DNA of 63,980 bases, filler included, from an uncultured Myxococcia bacterium (GTDB lineage Bacteria; CAZTWC01): the NCBI GenBank assembly GCA_964617105.1. It is 10 parts of 10 records of this genome, joined end to end, with 100 filler letters (N's around TTAATTAATTAA, not from the genome) between each part and the next. Parts side by side here need not be neighbours in the genome. Positions count along the whole stretch, not along the records: positions 6,731 to 13,330 come from CAZTWC010000218.1; positions 13,431 to 19,921 come from CAZTWC010000219.1; 8 more parts are not named here. One strand, 5' to 3'. The position numbers were made by a program, and so were the translations under genes. Of this stretch, positions 9,481 through 18,319 are shown piece by piece; the stretch's first letter is position 1, and each line of letters starts with the position of its first letter. The notes beneath the pieces were generated by a model, which saw only the letters and a program-made list of their open reading frames with translations, did no database searches and was not told where the DNA came from.

Positions 9481-10590
9481 ATGTTTATAGGTGTGGGTGG
9501 TTTTTTAACCGGCTTGGCTTTTGGTTTTATTTTACACCGGAGTGGATTGACTCGCTATTCGCGAATTATTGGCACTTTGCTGCTTCGAGATTTAAAAGCG
9601 CTGAAATTCATGTTTACCACCCTCTCGATTGCTGCTATTGGCTACGGCCTTGCTCACCTTACCGGTTCTAACTTTGTTCAGCCGATAGTCAATCCCTACC
9701 TGGGACTCGCCCATCTTATTGGTGGAGGGTTATTTGGTGTTGGTATCGGTTTGTCTGGCTTGTGACCAGGCTGTTCTGTGGCCCGGGTGGCCACAGGGAA
9801 ATGGCTGGTAATTTTTAATCTGCTTGGTCTTTTTATTGGGGTGGTGCTGTTTAACTTTCTGGTCCCGCACTTAGTCAAAATGGGTCTTTATTCCAGTCCG
9901 GAAAATCTTACCTTACATCAAATTTTTAACATTAACTACGGAGTGTTGGCCCTTATCTTTGGCCTGGTTTTCCTGGGCGGGATGTTTTTGGTTGATCGTC
10001 TCGATCCCGGTAAAAAATATGATCGCCATAAAGACATGGAAAAAAGCATCTGGAAAAAAGAGTGGGGTTGGCTGACCACCGGTATTGTGGCGGGCCTGAT
10101 TATTCTGGCGGCCTCAGCTCAGAAACAGTATCTGGCTATAATGGGCGGTGTTTTGTCTATGTCCGAATACTTTTTTAATATCTTTGGTTTATCTTTGTCG
10201 AATGCTGCTCATATATATGGCGTTTCTATATGGGACGCCTTGATGTTTTGCGGTATGTTTTTCGGTGCCGGTATTAGTGCTTTTATCTCCAATACTTACC
10301 AGCCGCTCTTGATTGCTCCCCTATGGCAACAGGCTTTCCAAAAAGGGGTGATTTTTCATTCGTTGATGAATTTTATGAGTGGTATTTTTCTCAGCCTGGG
10401 GGCCCTAATCGGTGGTGGATGCATGTCAGGGGCTTTTGTGGCTGGTTTTCCAACTTTGTCAGTGGGAAGTTTTGCCATGGGTATGACCTTTTTTGCCGTT
10501 GCCATGATAACTGCTACAGTATTGTTTTGGGGCAAAGGGAAATTGTTTGTCAAAATGAAAGAGAGCGTCTTGAATTTGGCCGAAGATTGA
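9481..10590 (+). CDS. YeeE/YedE sulfur-compound transporter, probable selenoprotein (Sec at UGA 9763-9765)
   Basis: ORFs 9481-9765 and 9778-10590 share a frame; read-through gives GLSGL-U-PG at the conserved GxCPG motif; GGCMSG in second half; selB present in the window. Confidence 0.85.
9774..9798 (+). promoter_or_regulatory. Bacterial SECIS-like hairpin
   Basis: CTGTGGCC (9776-9783), loop CGGGT, GGCCACAG (9789-9796), extendable by two U-G pairs; 18 nt between UGA and loop. Confidence 0.8.
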
Positions 10591-10653
10591 TTAGAAATTA
10601 TTGCCGTAAGTCAACCCGACATGTATTTCATAAATAACCGAAAAATTCCCTGT

Positions 10654-11784
10654 CTACCTATCCTGGCAATAGGGGAAATTGAGTTCTAGTAGATGGTTTT
10701 TTCCCTGGCGGATAATATTGAGTTTAACCGGAGATTCGCTTTTAATTGTGTTGATTTTGCGTATAAGCTGATAATCACTTTCTACCTGTTCACCGTTGAC
10801 TTTTTGGATGATATCACCCTTTTTTAAGTGTTTTTTCAAAGAGTTTTCCGGTAATATCTCTTGCACCATCACTCCGCTTTTGGCGGTATCAAAGATCCAC
10901 AAATATTTATCCGCCATATTTCCGTAAAAATATTGGTAGCGCAGCAGTTTGGAGGTCATTATTTCCACTTTGCTTTTGCCTTTCAAAGATTTTCTTAGGG
11001 GAGCCATTTCTTTAATGGTGTAGTCAAATATCCTGGTATGCAGATTAACCGGTTTGAAACCTAAACACAATTTGCGTTTTTTTAGTACCATCAGGTCTTC
11101 AGCCTTTTCGGTCAATCTTTTAACCATCAGTTTGTTGATTTTGGTTATTTGCGGAAAAGGATCATGATCAGGATGGCTGGCCATTGGATCAAATTTTATT
11201 TCCGCTCTCTCCTCGATTAGTATTTCCGAGGTTTTCGGGTAGATCAGTTGGACGGTTAAAACATAGGTGATCTCTTTGCTAATTTTGTTGGCAGTGTAAA
11301 TGTTTCCTGAAATGGTGTTCGAAACATTGCTAGTGGCCACTCTTCTGTCCAAAAGGCCTTTTATCAATAAAACCTCTTCTGGATTCAGTCCCCATTCACT
11401 GAGCACAATGAACAGGTTACTGGTGGCAAAAATATTGGTGTCATCATAGGTGAGGTAACGAAAACTCTTATACTCCTCAGGTCCCATAACCAGGTAGTTA
11501 CCATTCTCTTCAATAGCCGCTATCTGGTCCATACTTTTTTCATAACTCTGATATGGCTTGAATTGACCGATAAAAAGAAAGGGATAGACAATTATTGCCC
11601 GGATATTTTTAGGCCCTCCCTGGTAAAAAATCTGCTCTTTAAAAGGGGTTCCGGAACAACTTATTTGGCTTATTGCTAAACTCACCAAAAACAAAAGGGA
11701 AATTAGAAGAGAAATTTTTTTCATAACTATGCTCCCAAAAAACTGAAATAATTTTTTCTTTAAAAATAATATATTATCAGGCAA
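10654..11784 (-). CDS. Putative lipoprotein with C-terminal PDZ domain
   Basis: MKKISLL..ISC signal/lipobox (likely start ~11724); LKKGDIIQKVNG PDZ motif. Confidence 0.65.
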   Translation of the reverse strand: MPDNILFLKKKLFQFFGSIVMKKISLLISLLFLVSLAISQISCSGTPFKEQIFYQGGPKNIRAIIVYPFLFIGQFKPYQSYEKSMDQIAAIEENGNYLVMGPEEYKSFRYLTYDDTNIFATSNLFIVLSEWGLNPEEVLLIKGLLDRRVATSNVSNTISGNIYTANKISKEITYVLTVQLIYPKTSEILIEERAEIKFDPMASHPDHDPFPQITKINKLMVKRLTEKAEDLMVLKKRKLCLGFKPVNLHTRIFDYTIKEMAPLRKSLKGKSKVEIMTSKLLRYQYFYGNMADKYLWIFDTAKSGVMVQEILPENSLKKHLKKGDIIQKVNGEQVESDYQLIRKINTIKSESPVKLNIIRQGKNHLLELNFPYCQDR

Positions 11785-11850
11785 TTGGCAATAAGCAATT
11801 TTTTTGCCTTGACCATTTTGTTATCAATCAACTAAGTTAAAAATATAGAG

Positions 11851-11893
11851 TTAAGAACGAAAGAATTCCCGGTATTTTAAGGCCCGGTTGACA
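11851..11893 (+). repeat. Dispersed palindromic repeat, copy B
   Basis: TTAAGAACGAAAGAATTCCCGGTATTTTAAGGCCCGGTTGACA. Confidence 0.85.
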
Positions 11894-13309
11894 AAAAGGT
11901 TAATGATGGATTTACCAGATAAGGTTTTAATTGTTGATAATCACGCTGAAAATAGAAAGTTACTCTTCAATTTTTTGCGCTCCCACAATTGCGCGGTGTT
12001 TTCTATAACCGATCCTCAGGCTGCCCTGGCGGAGATGAGTAACAATCAATACTCAATGGTGTTTTTGCGGAGAAAATTAATAAACGGTTCCTTTGCTTCA
12101 GTGGTTACCACAATTTCCAATTTATTACCTCAATCTCCCCTGGTGGTAATTGGAACTCAACCTGAATTGCAGGATATACTGACTAATAAAGTAAGCAGCG
12201 AAAAAATTATTGATAAATTATTTTTCGACACAATTTCCCATCCTATACAAGAGAAAGATATAAATAAGTTGCTACAAAAAGTTGCCAATTACCGTAAACC
12301 GGATGTAGCAAAGAGCCAGAACATCAAAAGTGACTCCTCTTCCCGAAACTGGAAACTTTTTACCACCAGTCCGGCTATGAAAACAATGATGGACAAAGTT
12401 GAAAGGTCTCTAAAAAATCTCAAACCGGTTTTGATCCAAGGCGAGGTGGGCACGGGAAAAGAGTTAATCGCCAAGTATATTCACTACAACTCACAGTTGA
12501 CCTCAAAAGGTCCTTTCCTGGTGGTAAATCTTTCCGCTACTCCATCTGAATATGTTGGGAGTGAATTGTGGGGAAATATCAGACTCGCCGGTAAAAAATC
12601 CCTGAGCACGGTGATGATCAAGAACTTTTTAAATGTGGATAGGCAGTTATTGACTAACTTTGTCGACTCTTATCAACATCAAATGGGGGATAATAATATG
12701 CCCCGGCTGATTTTCACTATCCGCAATGATCCCAATGAATCGGTGGGCAGGTTTCCGTCACCACCGGTTATAAGCGAGACCTTGACTCCCCTGTTGATCA
12801 ACCTCCCTCCTCTACGGGAAAGGCATGGTGATATCCAGACCATGTCTGATTATTTTCTATCCCATTTTGCCCGTCTCAACCATCGACCAAATTTGCAATT
12901 TACCACCAATGCCAGGAAGTTGCTATCTGACTATCCTTGGCCCGGTAATGTGTTTGAATTGAAACACCTTATGCGCATATTGGTCGAAAGAGCTCTGGAA
13001 GATACAATAAACACTTCGGCGGTTGCACCTTTTGTAGCCTATAACCAGAAAAGTAGGCAAACCGATGTCCAATCTCTGGAAGAGGTTATCTACAATAAAC
13101 TGTTTCACCTTTTTCGGCAGATGGATGACCAGGAAGAGATATCGGGTCTATATACTTTGATTCAACCCCATTTTGAAAGACCGCTTATCCGGCTGGCTTT
13201 GGAGAAGACTGGCCACAACCAACTGAAAGCGGCAAAATTACTGGGCATAAATCGCAATACCCTCAGCTCTAAAATGAAAAAATTGGATCTTCATGGCAAG
13301 AGAAAATAG
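11888..13309 (+). CDS. Degenerate NtrC-like regulator (receiver-like, shortened AAA+, Fis HTH)
   Basis: GEVGTGKE, LPPLRER, YPWPGNVFEL, GHNQLKAAKLLGINRNTL; no GAFTGA; real start probably ATG near 11903. Confidence 0.8.
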   Translation: MTKRLMMDLPDKVLIVDNHAENRKLLFNFLRSHNCAVFSITDPQAALAEMSNNQYSMVFLRRKLINGSFASVVTTISNLLPQSPLVVIGTQPELQDILTNKVSSEKIIDKLFFDTISHPIQEKDINKLLQKVANYRKPDVAKSQNIKSDSSSRNWKLFTTSPAMKTMMDKVERSLKNLKPVLIQGEVGTGKELIAKYIHYNSQLTSKGPFLVVNLSATPSEYVGSELWGNIRLAGKKSLSTVMIKNFLNVDRQLLTNFVDSYQHQMGDNNMPRLIFTIRNDPNESVGRFPSPPVISETLTPLLINLPPLRERHGDIQTMSDYFLSHFARLNHRPNLQFTTNARKLLSDYPWPGNVFELKHLMRILVERALEDTINTSAVAPFVAYNQKSRQTDVQSLEEVIYNKLFHLFRQMDDQEEISGLYTLIQPHFERPLIRLALEKTGHNQLKAAKLLGINRNTLSSKMKKLDLHGKRK

Positions 13310-13464
13310 AATTAACTTCCCAAATAGACTNNNNNNNNNNNNNNNNNNNNNNNNNNNNNNNNNNNNNNNNNNNNTTAATTAATTAANNNNNNNNNNNNNN
13401 NNNNNNNNNNNNNNNNNNNNNNNNNNNNNNACCCTTTATCAAGGGATCGACAACCGGTGCAAGA

Positions 13465-13487
13465 GGCTTTGTCGATAATACAAAGCC
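13465..13487 (+). other. 8-bp stem-loop just upstream of the DGR template repeat
   Basis: GGCTTTGT-cgataat-ACAAAGCC. Confidence 0.5.
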
Positions 13488-13504
13488 CAGGAAAGTGGAC
13501 AGGT

Positions 13505-13609
13505 TATGCGTCCAATTCTAATAACGCGTGGAACGTGAATTTCAACAATGGCAACGTGAATTGGAACAATAAGACCAACAATAACTACGTTCGTTGCTTG
13601 CGTCGCTGA
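13505..13609 (+). repeat. DGR template repeat (TR), C-type-lectin-fold type; boundaries approximate
   Basis: Non-genic; translates YASNSNNAWNVNFNNGNVNWNNKTNNNYVRCLRR*; 14 of 34 codons AAY; directly before the RT gene. Confidence 0.9.
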
Positions 13610-15099
13610 AAGTGGAAAAAAGAGAATATTATTCATTTGAGAATCTCCTCCGGGTATACTATATATGCCGGAGGAACAAGAGAAACACCATCAACCAATT
13701 GAAATACGAGGTTGATTTGGAAAAAAATATTCTCGCCCTGAGCCGTGAACTGTCCTCAAGGAGATACAAGCCATCCCGTTCTGTCTGCTTTATTGTAAAA
13801 GAGCCCAAACTGCGTGAGGTTTTTGCCGCTGATTTTCGTGATCGTATTGTCCACCATCTTCTCTTTGAACAATACGAAAGAATCTGGGAGCCAAAATTTA
13901 TTTATGACTCCTATTCCTGCCGCAAAAATAAGGGGATCCACCTGGCAGTGAAAAGGCTGCAATCCTTTATGAGAAAAGTCACCAAAAACAGCCGGCAAAA
14001 TGGCTATTATCTCAGCCTGGACATTAGCGGTTTTTTTATGAACATCAATAAGGAGATACTGTTCAATCTGGTGGCGGATAAACTAAAAGATGATTTTCTG
14101 CTGTGGCTCACCAGAGTGGTAATTTTTCATGACTGCTGTCAAAACTATATTTTCAAAGATGATCCCGCTCTGTGGAACATCATTCCCGCCCATAAAACAC
14201 TGTTCGGCCGCCAGAATAAAACCGGCCTGCCTATCGGTAACTTGACCAGCCAGTTTTATGCCAATTTATACCTGGACCAACTCGACCAATTTGTTAAACA
14301 TAGCCTCAAATGCAAGTTTTATTCAAGGTATGTGGATGATGCCATTATTTTGCACCAGAGTAGGGACAGACTTCAGGATTGCCTGGTAGCAATCGGGAAT
14401 TTTCTAACCGAAAAACTGCAGTTGTCGCTGAATATGAACAAGTGCCGGATTCAACCTGTAAAATCGGGGATAGATCACCTTGGCTATGTTATCCGCCCGA
14501 GATATATCTTGGTTCGTAAGCGGGTGGTAAACAACCTGAAGTCAAAATTAAGCCAATTTGAACATATGCTGGTCAAGAAAATTGGTAAAATGACCATGAT
14601 AAAAAACAATGAACCTGTCATCAACCAACTCAGGGCTACTTTGAACTCCTATTTCGGCCACTTCAAGCATGCTGATGCCTATCAACTAAAAAGCAAACTA
14701 CTGTCAGAGCACCGATTTCTCCATTATCTGTTTGACTTTTCCTCCGATAAAATCAAACTGAAACTTGGCAAAACAAGACCCTTTGCCAATCTCTATTCCC
14801 AATATCAGCATTACTTAAGACGGTTTCACCAATACTTGATTTTTTTCAAAGTCGGTTGCTTTTATGAATTTTATGGCAACCAGGCCAGACTTATCAACAA
14901 TATTTTTGGACTTCGGTTTATTAAACCACGCAGTCATCTGGGACTAAGGGCAGGATTTCATCAAAAATATCTCTCTGTCTATTTTAACCGGGCCGTTAAA
15001 AATCAATGGCCAGTTATGATAATCAAAGAAACAGGGCAAAAGTTATCGAGTATTATGGAAAGGCGGGTTCTCTACATATTGGTAATAACTACAACATAA
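13594..15099 (+). CDS. DGR reverse transcriptase with C-terminal MutS domain I-like extension
   Basis: FRDRIVHH, SYSCRKNKG, LDISGFF, GLPIGNLTSQ, RYVDD, GIDHLGY; tail QY..LIFFKVGCFYEFYGNQA..GF; likely start GTG 13612. Confidence 0.9.
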   Translation: MLASLKVEKREYYSFENLLRVYYICRRNKRNTINQLKYEVDLEKNILALSRELSSRRYKPSRSVCFIVKEPKLREVFAADFRDRIVHHLLFEQYERIWEPKFIYDSYSCRKNKGIHLAVKRLQSFMRKVTKNSRQNGYYLSLDISGFFMNINKEILFNLVADKLKDDFLLWLTRVVIFHDCCQNYIFKDDPALWNIIPAHKTLFGRQNKTGLPIGNLTSQFYANLYLDQLDQFVKHSLKCKFYSRYVDDAIILHQSRDRLQDCLVAIGNFLTEKLQLSLNMNKCRIQPVKSGIDHLGYVIRPRYILVRKRVVNNLKSKLSQFEHMLVKKIGKMTMIKNNEPVINQLRATLNSYFGHFKHADAYQLKSKLLSEHRFLHYLFDFSSDKIKLKLGKTRPFANLYSQYQHYLRRFHQYLIFFKVGCFYEFYGNQARLINNIFGLRFIKPRSHLGLRAGFHQKYLSVYFNRAVKNQWPVMIIKETGQKLSSIMERRVLYILVITTT

Positions 15100-15126
15100 A
15101 TTTTATCGGAAAACGAAGGGGGATTT

Positions 15127-15456
15127 ATGGCATTTATTAGCCAACGAAGCGGGCAATCTTTTTTTAGTCAACGAAGCGAATATTTATTCTGTGCCGTGTC
15201 AGGAATAATCAATGATTACTTTGATGACGAGACTCCATCCACTAAAGAATATAGACAATTGCGCAATTTTCTTAGAACTAGATTGCCTCACATTCAAGAG
15301 TCAGACAAATTTCTAACTAAATTACCTGAACTTTTTAGTGATAAAGAGAAGCATCTTGAAAAATATATTCCATGGCTGGAGAAAATTTGGAATTTACCTG
15401 AAAAACTTTTAGTAGGATTGGTGATACAGGAGATAATCCGCAGTCCAGGTAATTGA
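15127..15456 (+). CDS. Hypothetical protein; 3' end runs into an IS remnant
   Basis: G-rich SD (AAGGGGG) before ATG; 109 aa; no recognised motif. Confidence 0.5.
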   Translation: MAFISQRSGQSFFSQRSEYLFCAVSGIINDYFDDETPSTKEYRQLRNFLRTRLPHIQESDKFLTKLPELFSDKEKHLEKYIPWLEKIWNLPEKLLVGLVIQEIIRSPGN

Positions 15457-15637
15457 AGAACTCCTTCTCCACATAACCGGGGATGGGGTCATCATCTGGA
15501 GTTTCCTCTCGGACTGTATGGAGATATTGCTCCAGGTTTTCCTGAATGATTTGGTAGAAGACAGTTTCGGCAGGTCTCCTGGGTTTGTAAATTGCCGGTT
15601 GATATCGGTTATCTAGTGAAGGACAGGTGTTGATCAT
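15437..15637 (-). mobile_element. IS91-family transposase N-terminal remnant
   Basis: YKPRRPAETVFYQIIQENL..IPGYVEKEFFNYLDCG resembles the start of the IS91-type Zn-binding domain; similarity stops after CG. Confidence 0.7.
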
Positions 15638-15804
15638 GCACTGGCATTTCAACAAGAACCATGCCAAGTGTCGGCATGATGAGCAGGGGTAGCCACAATC
15701 TCTTGATATTATTGTAGTTGCGACTTATGGTAGAGGTATTGGGATTTGGCAATTAGGTGCTTCGACAAAAGTATTGGCTGAACGTGTTTGGACAGTTGAG
15801 GCAA

Positions 15805-16209
15805 TTATTTAACAACCTGAATTGTCGCCACACTCACCACCACCTCACCGGCAAAACCCAGCCAACGGTTGAACTTGGCGGTTTGCCACCAGGGAGGTTC
15901 CTGGCGTTTCCGGAATTCGCGAAGTTTGCTGATTTGCTGGTCGGCAGATCTAAGTTTCTCCCGGCAGGCCTGTTTTTCCCGTTTGCGCAGGGAACTCTCG
16001 ACAGCCAGTTTTTCCTGGAGCGCACCCGCATACGCTTTGAGGTTCAAATTTTCCTTTACCTTTGCTTCCGACAGGATGACTCCATCGCAGGTGGCGACAT
16101 CACCAGTAATAATCGGCGTAGCCCTGGGGCAGTCATCGCTCAGGGCAATCAGCGGAAAAAGAAAAATAAAAATACATAGAGCAAATGCAATTGAAAATAG
16201 TCTATTCAT
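15805..16209 (-). CDS. Exported coiled-coil protein, spanin-like
   Basis: Signal peptide, Cys pair, coiled coil, hydrophobic C-terminus; strong SD; last gene of the lysis-like operon. Confidence 0.5.
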   Translation of the reverse strand: MNRLFSIAFALCIFIFLFPLIALSDDCPRATPIITGDVATCDGVILSEAKVKENLNLKAYAGALQEKLAVESSLRKREKQACREKLRSADQQISKLREFRKRQEPPWWQTAKFNRWLGFAGEVVVSVATIQVVK

Positions 16210-17326
16210 GGCTCTCCTCCTCCTCTCTTTGTCTGTTGACTAAATTGGCCAGATGGAGATAGAAATCAAGATGGTCGAACTTTTGGTCATCTATTCCCAT
16301 TCCACAGGAATAACCAACTTGATTCAGGTGATCGGCCGGCAGGGCATCTCCCTGGTAGGCCAGATAATATTCCGGCTTCCACACAGCGGAGAAAAATGGA
16401 ACAAAGCCGTCATTGATATGGTTTTCCCCAATAGGATCGCTGGCCAATATTTTGTATGTTAGCCACAGAGGGAGATCAACTTCATCTACCTCGTCAACAT
16501 CTGGCTTTGGCGGTAATGGTAATATCTCCTTGGTGATTCCAGCGAAGGTTCTGTAGATAATACCCTCTCTCTCACCCGCTTCTACCCCCTTTGGCTCCGG
16601 CTCCGGATGATCGATGTTGAACTGAGTGCAGAACTTTTCGGTCAGGTAATAAGTGGCCCGCCGGAGATCATTTTCGTTCGGGCTTGTATCGTTATAGATA
16701 CTCCCGGCCAGGTTGAGGATGGTTGCCCAGGCTTCCTGGGCATGGCCGGGGATATCACTTAAAAAACGGTCTGCAATCCGAACTCCCCAGTGGGGTGATC
16801 CAACGGTGGTTAGCGAATTGACCTTATCTGCGTAACCAAAACCCCTAACAGAGTCTCTGGAATCATCGCTAGTGGTTTCACCGGTGGTATTGTTTGATAT
16901 CAGCAACCGACAGTCCAGCCCGCCCATGGAGTGGGCTATCAGGTTGAGTTTTACTGGGTGTCCGCGTCTGCGGTAGGCTTTTTCCAATATTTGGTCCACC
17001 TGTTCAGCCAACTGATTTGCTCGGGTCTGTAGATTGGCATAGGGAGAGGTCTCCACCTCGTAGACTTCGAACCCATGATTCTCCAGGTGTTCTTTCACTC
17101 CCTTGAAATAACTGATTCCCATAATGGAATCGAAACCACCAAAGCCATGGGTCAGTACTATTGGGTAGCCAGTTGGAACTCCATTGTTGTTGCTCTTGCT
17201 ATTGCTCTTGTTATTGCCCGCGTTTTTTTCCAGGCGCAGGAGCAGCCACTCCAGTATCCCCAATGATGATTTGAGCCAAGCCCACTTTAATAGGTCATTC
17301 ATTTTCCCCTCCATCGGCATCATCAT
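16202..17326 (-). CDS. Family I-type lipase/esterase (alpha/beta hydrolase)
   Basis: YPIVLTHGFGG, AHSMGG, TVGSPHWG, NDGFV, ADHLNQVG; start possibly 17302. Confidence 0.88.
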   Translation of the reverse strand: MMMPMEGKMNDLLKWAWLKSSLGILEWLLLRLEKNAGNNKSNSKSNNNGVPTGYPIVLTHGFGGFDSIMGISYFKGVKEHLENHGFEVYEVETSPYANLQTRANQLAEQVDQILEKAYRRRGHPVKLNLIAHSMGGLDCRLLISNNTTGETTSDDSRDSVRGFGYADKVNSLTTVGSPHWGVRIADRFLSDIPGHAQEAWATILNLAGSIYNDTSPNENDLRRATYYLTEKFCTQFNIDHPEPEPKGVEAGEREGIIYRTFAGITKEILPLPPKPDVDEVDEVDLPLWLTYKILASDPIGENHINDGFVPFFSAVWKPEYYLAYQGDALPADHLNQVGYSCGMGIDDQKFDHLDFYLHLANLVNRQREEEESHE

Positions 17327-17696
17327 CGTTGACCATATCGGCCAGTTTCTGAAGACGCTGTCGCTTGTCCGGTATTTTGCTGGTGGCTGCTATTCTTTGC
17401 CGGTAATCTTCGGCTTCCCTATCAATCTGTTCCAGAATTTCTCTAGTTTCATCTTTGATATCTTCTGTCTGCTCATCGTATCCATCCAAAAGTGAAAATG
17501 TCTCTGGTAGTGCTGATTCACTTTTAAGACTTGATGTCAATGACGTTGATAACACCGAACCCGCCTCTTTCTTTTGTTTCAATTTGGTTAAAAATTTCAG
17601 AATTCCACCTGAACAGCCTACAATTATGGTTAAAAACCAAATCAACCAACCGGCTATCCGCCAGAATGGACTAGATAATTTTTTTAGCCACTGCAT
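17295..17696 (-). CDS. Membrane-anchored coiled-coil protein, i-spanin-like
   Basis: GGAGGAG SD before MQWLKK; one N-terminal TM then helical coiled coil; overlaps the amidase stop. Confidence 0.5.
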   Translation of the reverse strand: MQWLKKLSSPFWRIAGWLIWFLTIIVGCSGGILKFLTKLKQKKEAGSVLSTSLTSSLKSESALPETFSLLDGYDEQTEDIKDETREILEQIDREAEDYRQRIAATSKIPDKRQRLQKLADMVNDDDADGGENE

Positions 17697-18319
17697 ATTG
17701 CTTTCTCCTCCCAGTAGTTTCGTAAAAGAGATCTGAATTTTTTCCAATCCCAGGCTGGGCCAGGGTCTATCTTGCGGCCTGGCGATACATCAGAGTGCCC
17801 TAAAATCCTATCAACAGTGATCTCCGGAAATTTTTCCATCAGCAGGGCACAGAGAGCGGCTACAGTCTCGTACTGAAAATCGGAATATGGCTCCCAGTAT
17901 TGGTCACCGATAAGAATTGGTTCTGGATACCTGGAGGAATATTTGCTACCAGACCAAGTAAGAAAGCGGTTTCCTTTCTTTGCTAACGGGCCATAATTTG
18001 CGATTTCAACGCCGCAACTCACCGCATTCAACCATTTTTTCCCCTGCCACTCACTCCGACCGGCGTGCCAAGCCCGGTCGTTGAGGTTGACCATCTGAAC
18101 AACGCCATCTGGGAATTTCTTCCCGGAATTCTCTTTACGGTCAACGATATAATTCGCAGACACTTTGGGACTCTCAGATCTGGCAAAATAATTGACTGTT
18201 CCGGCCATCGAACCCCCGGCCGTGTAGTGGAGAATAACCATCGATATTGGTTTTTTGCGGCCCGTACCGTAGTGAGTTGCCTCGACAAATGGAATTTCAT
18301 CTAAACTTTTAATCATCAC
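17684..18319 (-). CDS. N-acetylmuramoyl-L-alanine amidase (Amidase_2/AmpD-like), putative endolysin
   Basis: ILHYT, RAWHAG, VEIAN, GHSDVSPGRKIDPG; no signal peptide. Confidence 0.9.
   Translation of the reverse strand: MMIKSLDEIPFVEATHYGTGRKKPISMVILHYTAGGSMAGTVNYFARSESPKVSANYIVDRKENSGKKFPDGVVQMVNLNDRAWHAGRSEWQGKKWLNAVSCGVEIANYGPLAKKGNRFLTWSGSKYSSRYPEPILIGDQYWEPYSDFQYETVAALCALLMEKFPEITVDRILGHSDVSPGRKIDPGPAWDWKKFRSLLRNYWEEKAICSG

Noticed and set aside
13439-13636. 65-aa minus-strand ORF rich in Val/Ile
   Set aside because: Antisense shadow of the AAY-rich template repeat.
13594-15099. RT as group II intron, retron or Abi RT
   Set aside because: SQ motif and adjacent AAY-rich template repeat favour a DGR; YVDD rather than YADD and no retron VTG motif seen.
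15651-15667. Sigma-54-like TTGGCATGGTTCTTGT on minus strand
   Set aside because: The -12 element is GT not GC and lies too close to the likely ATG.
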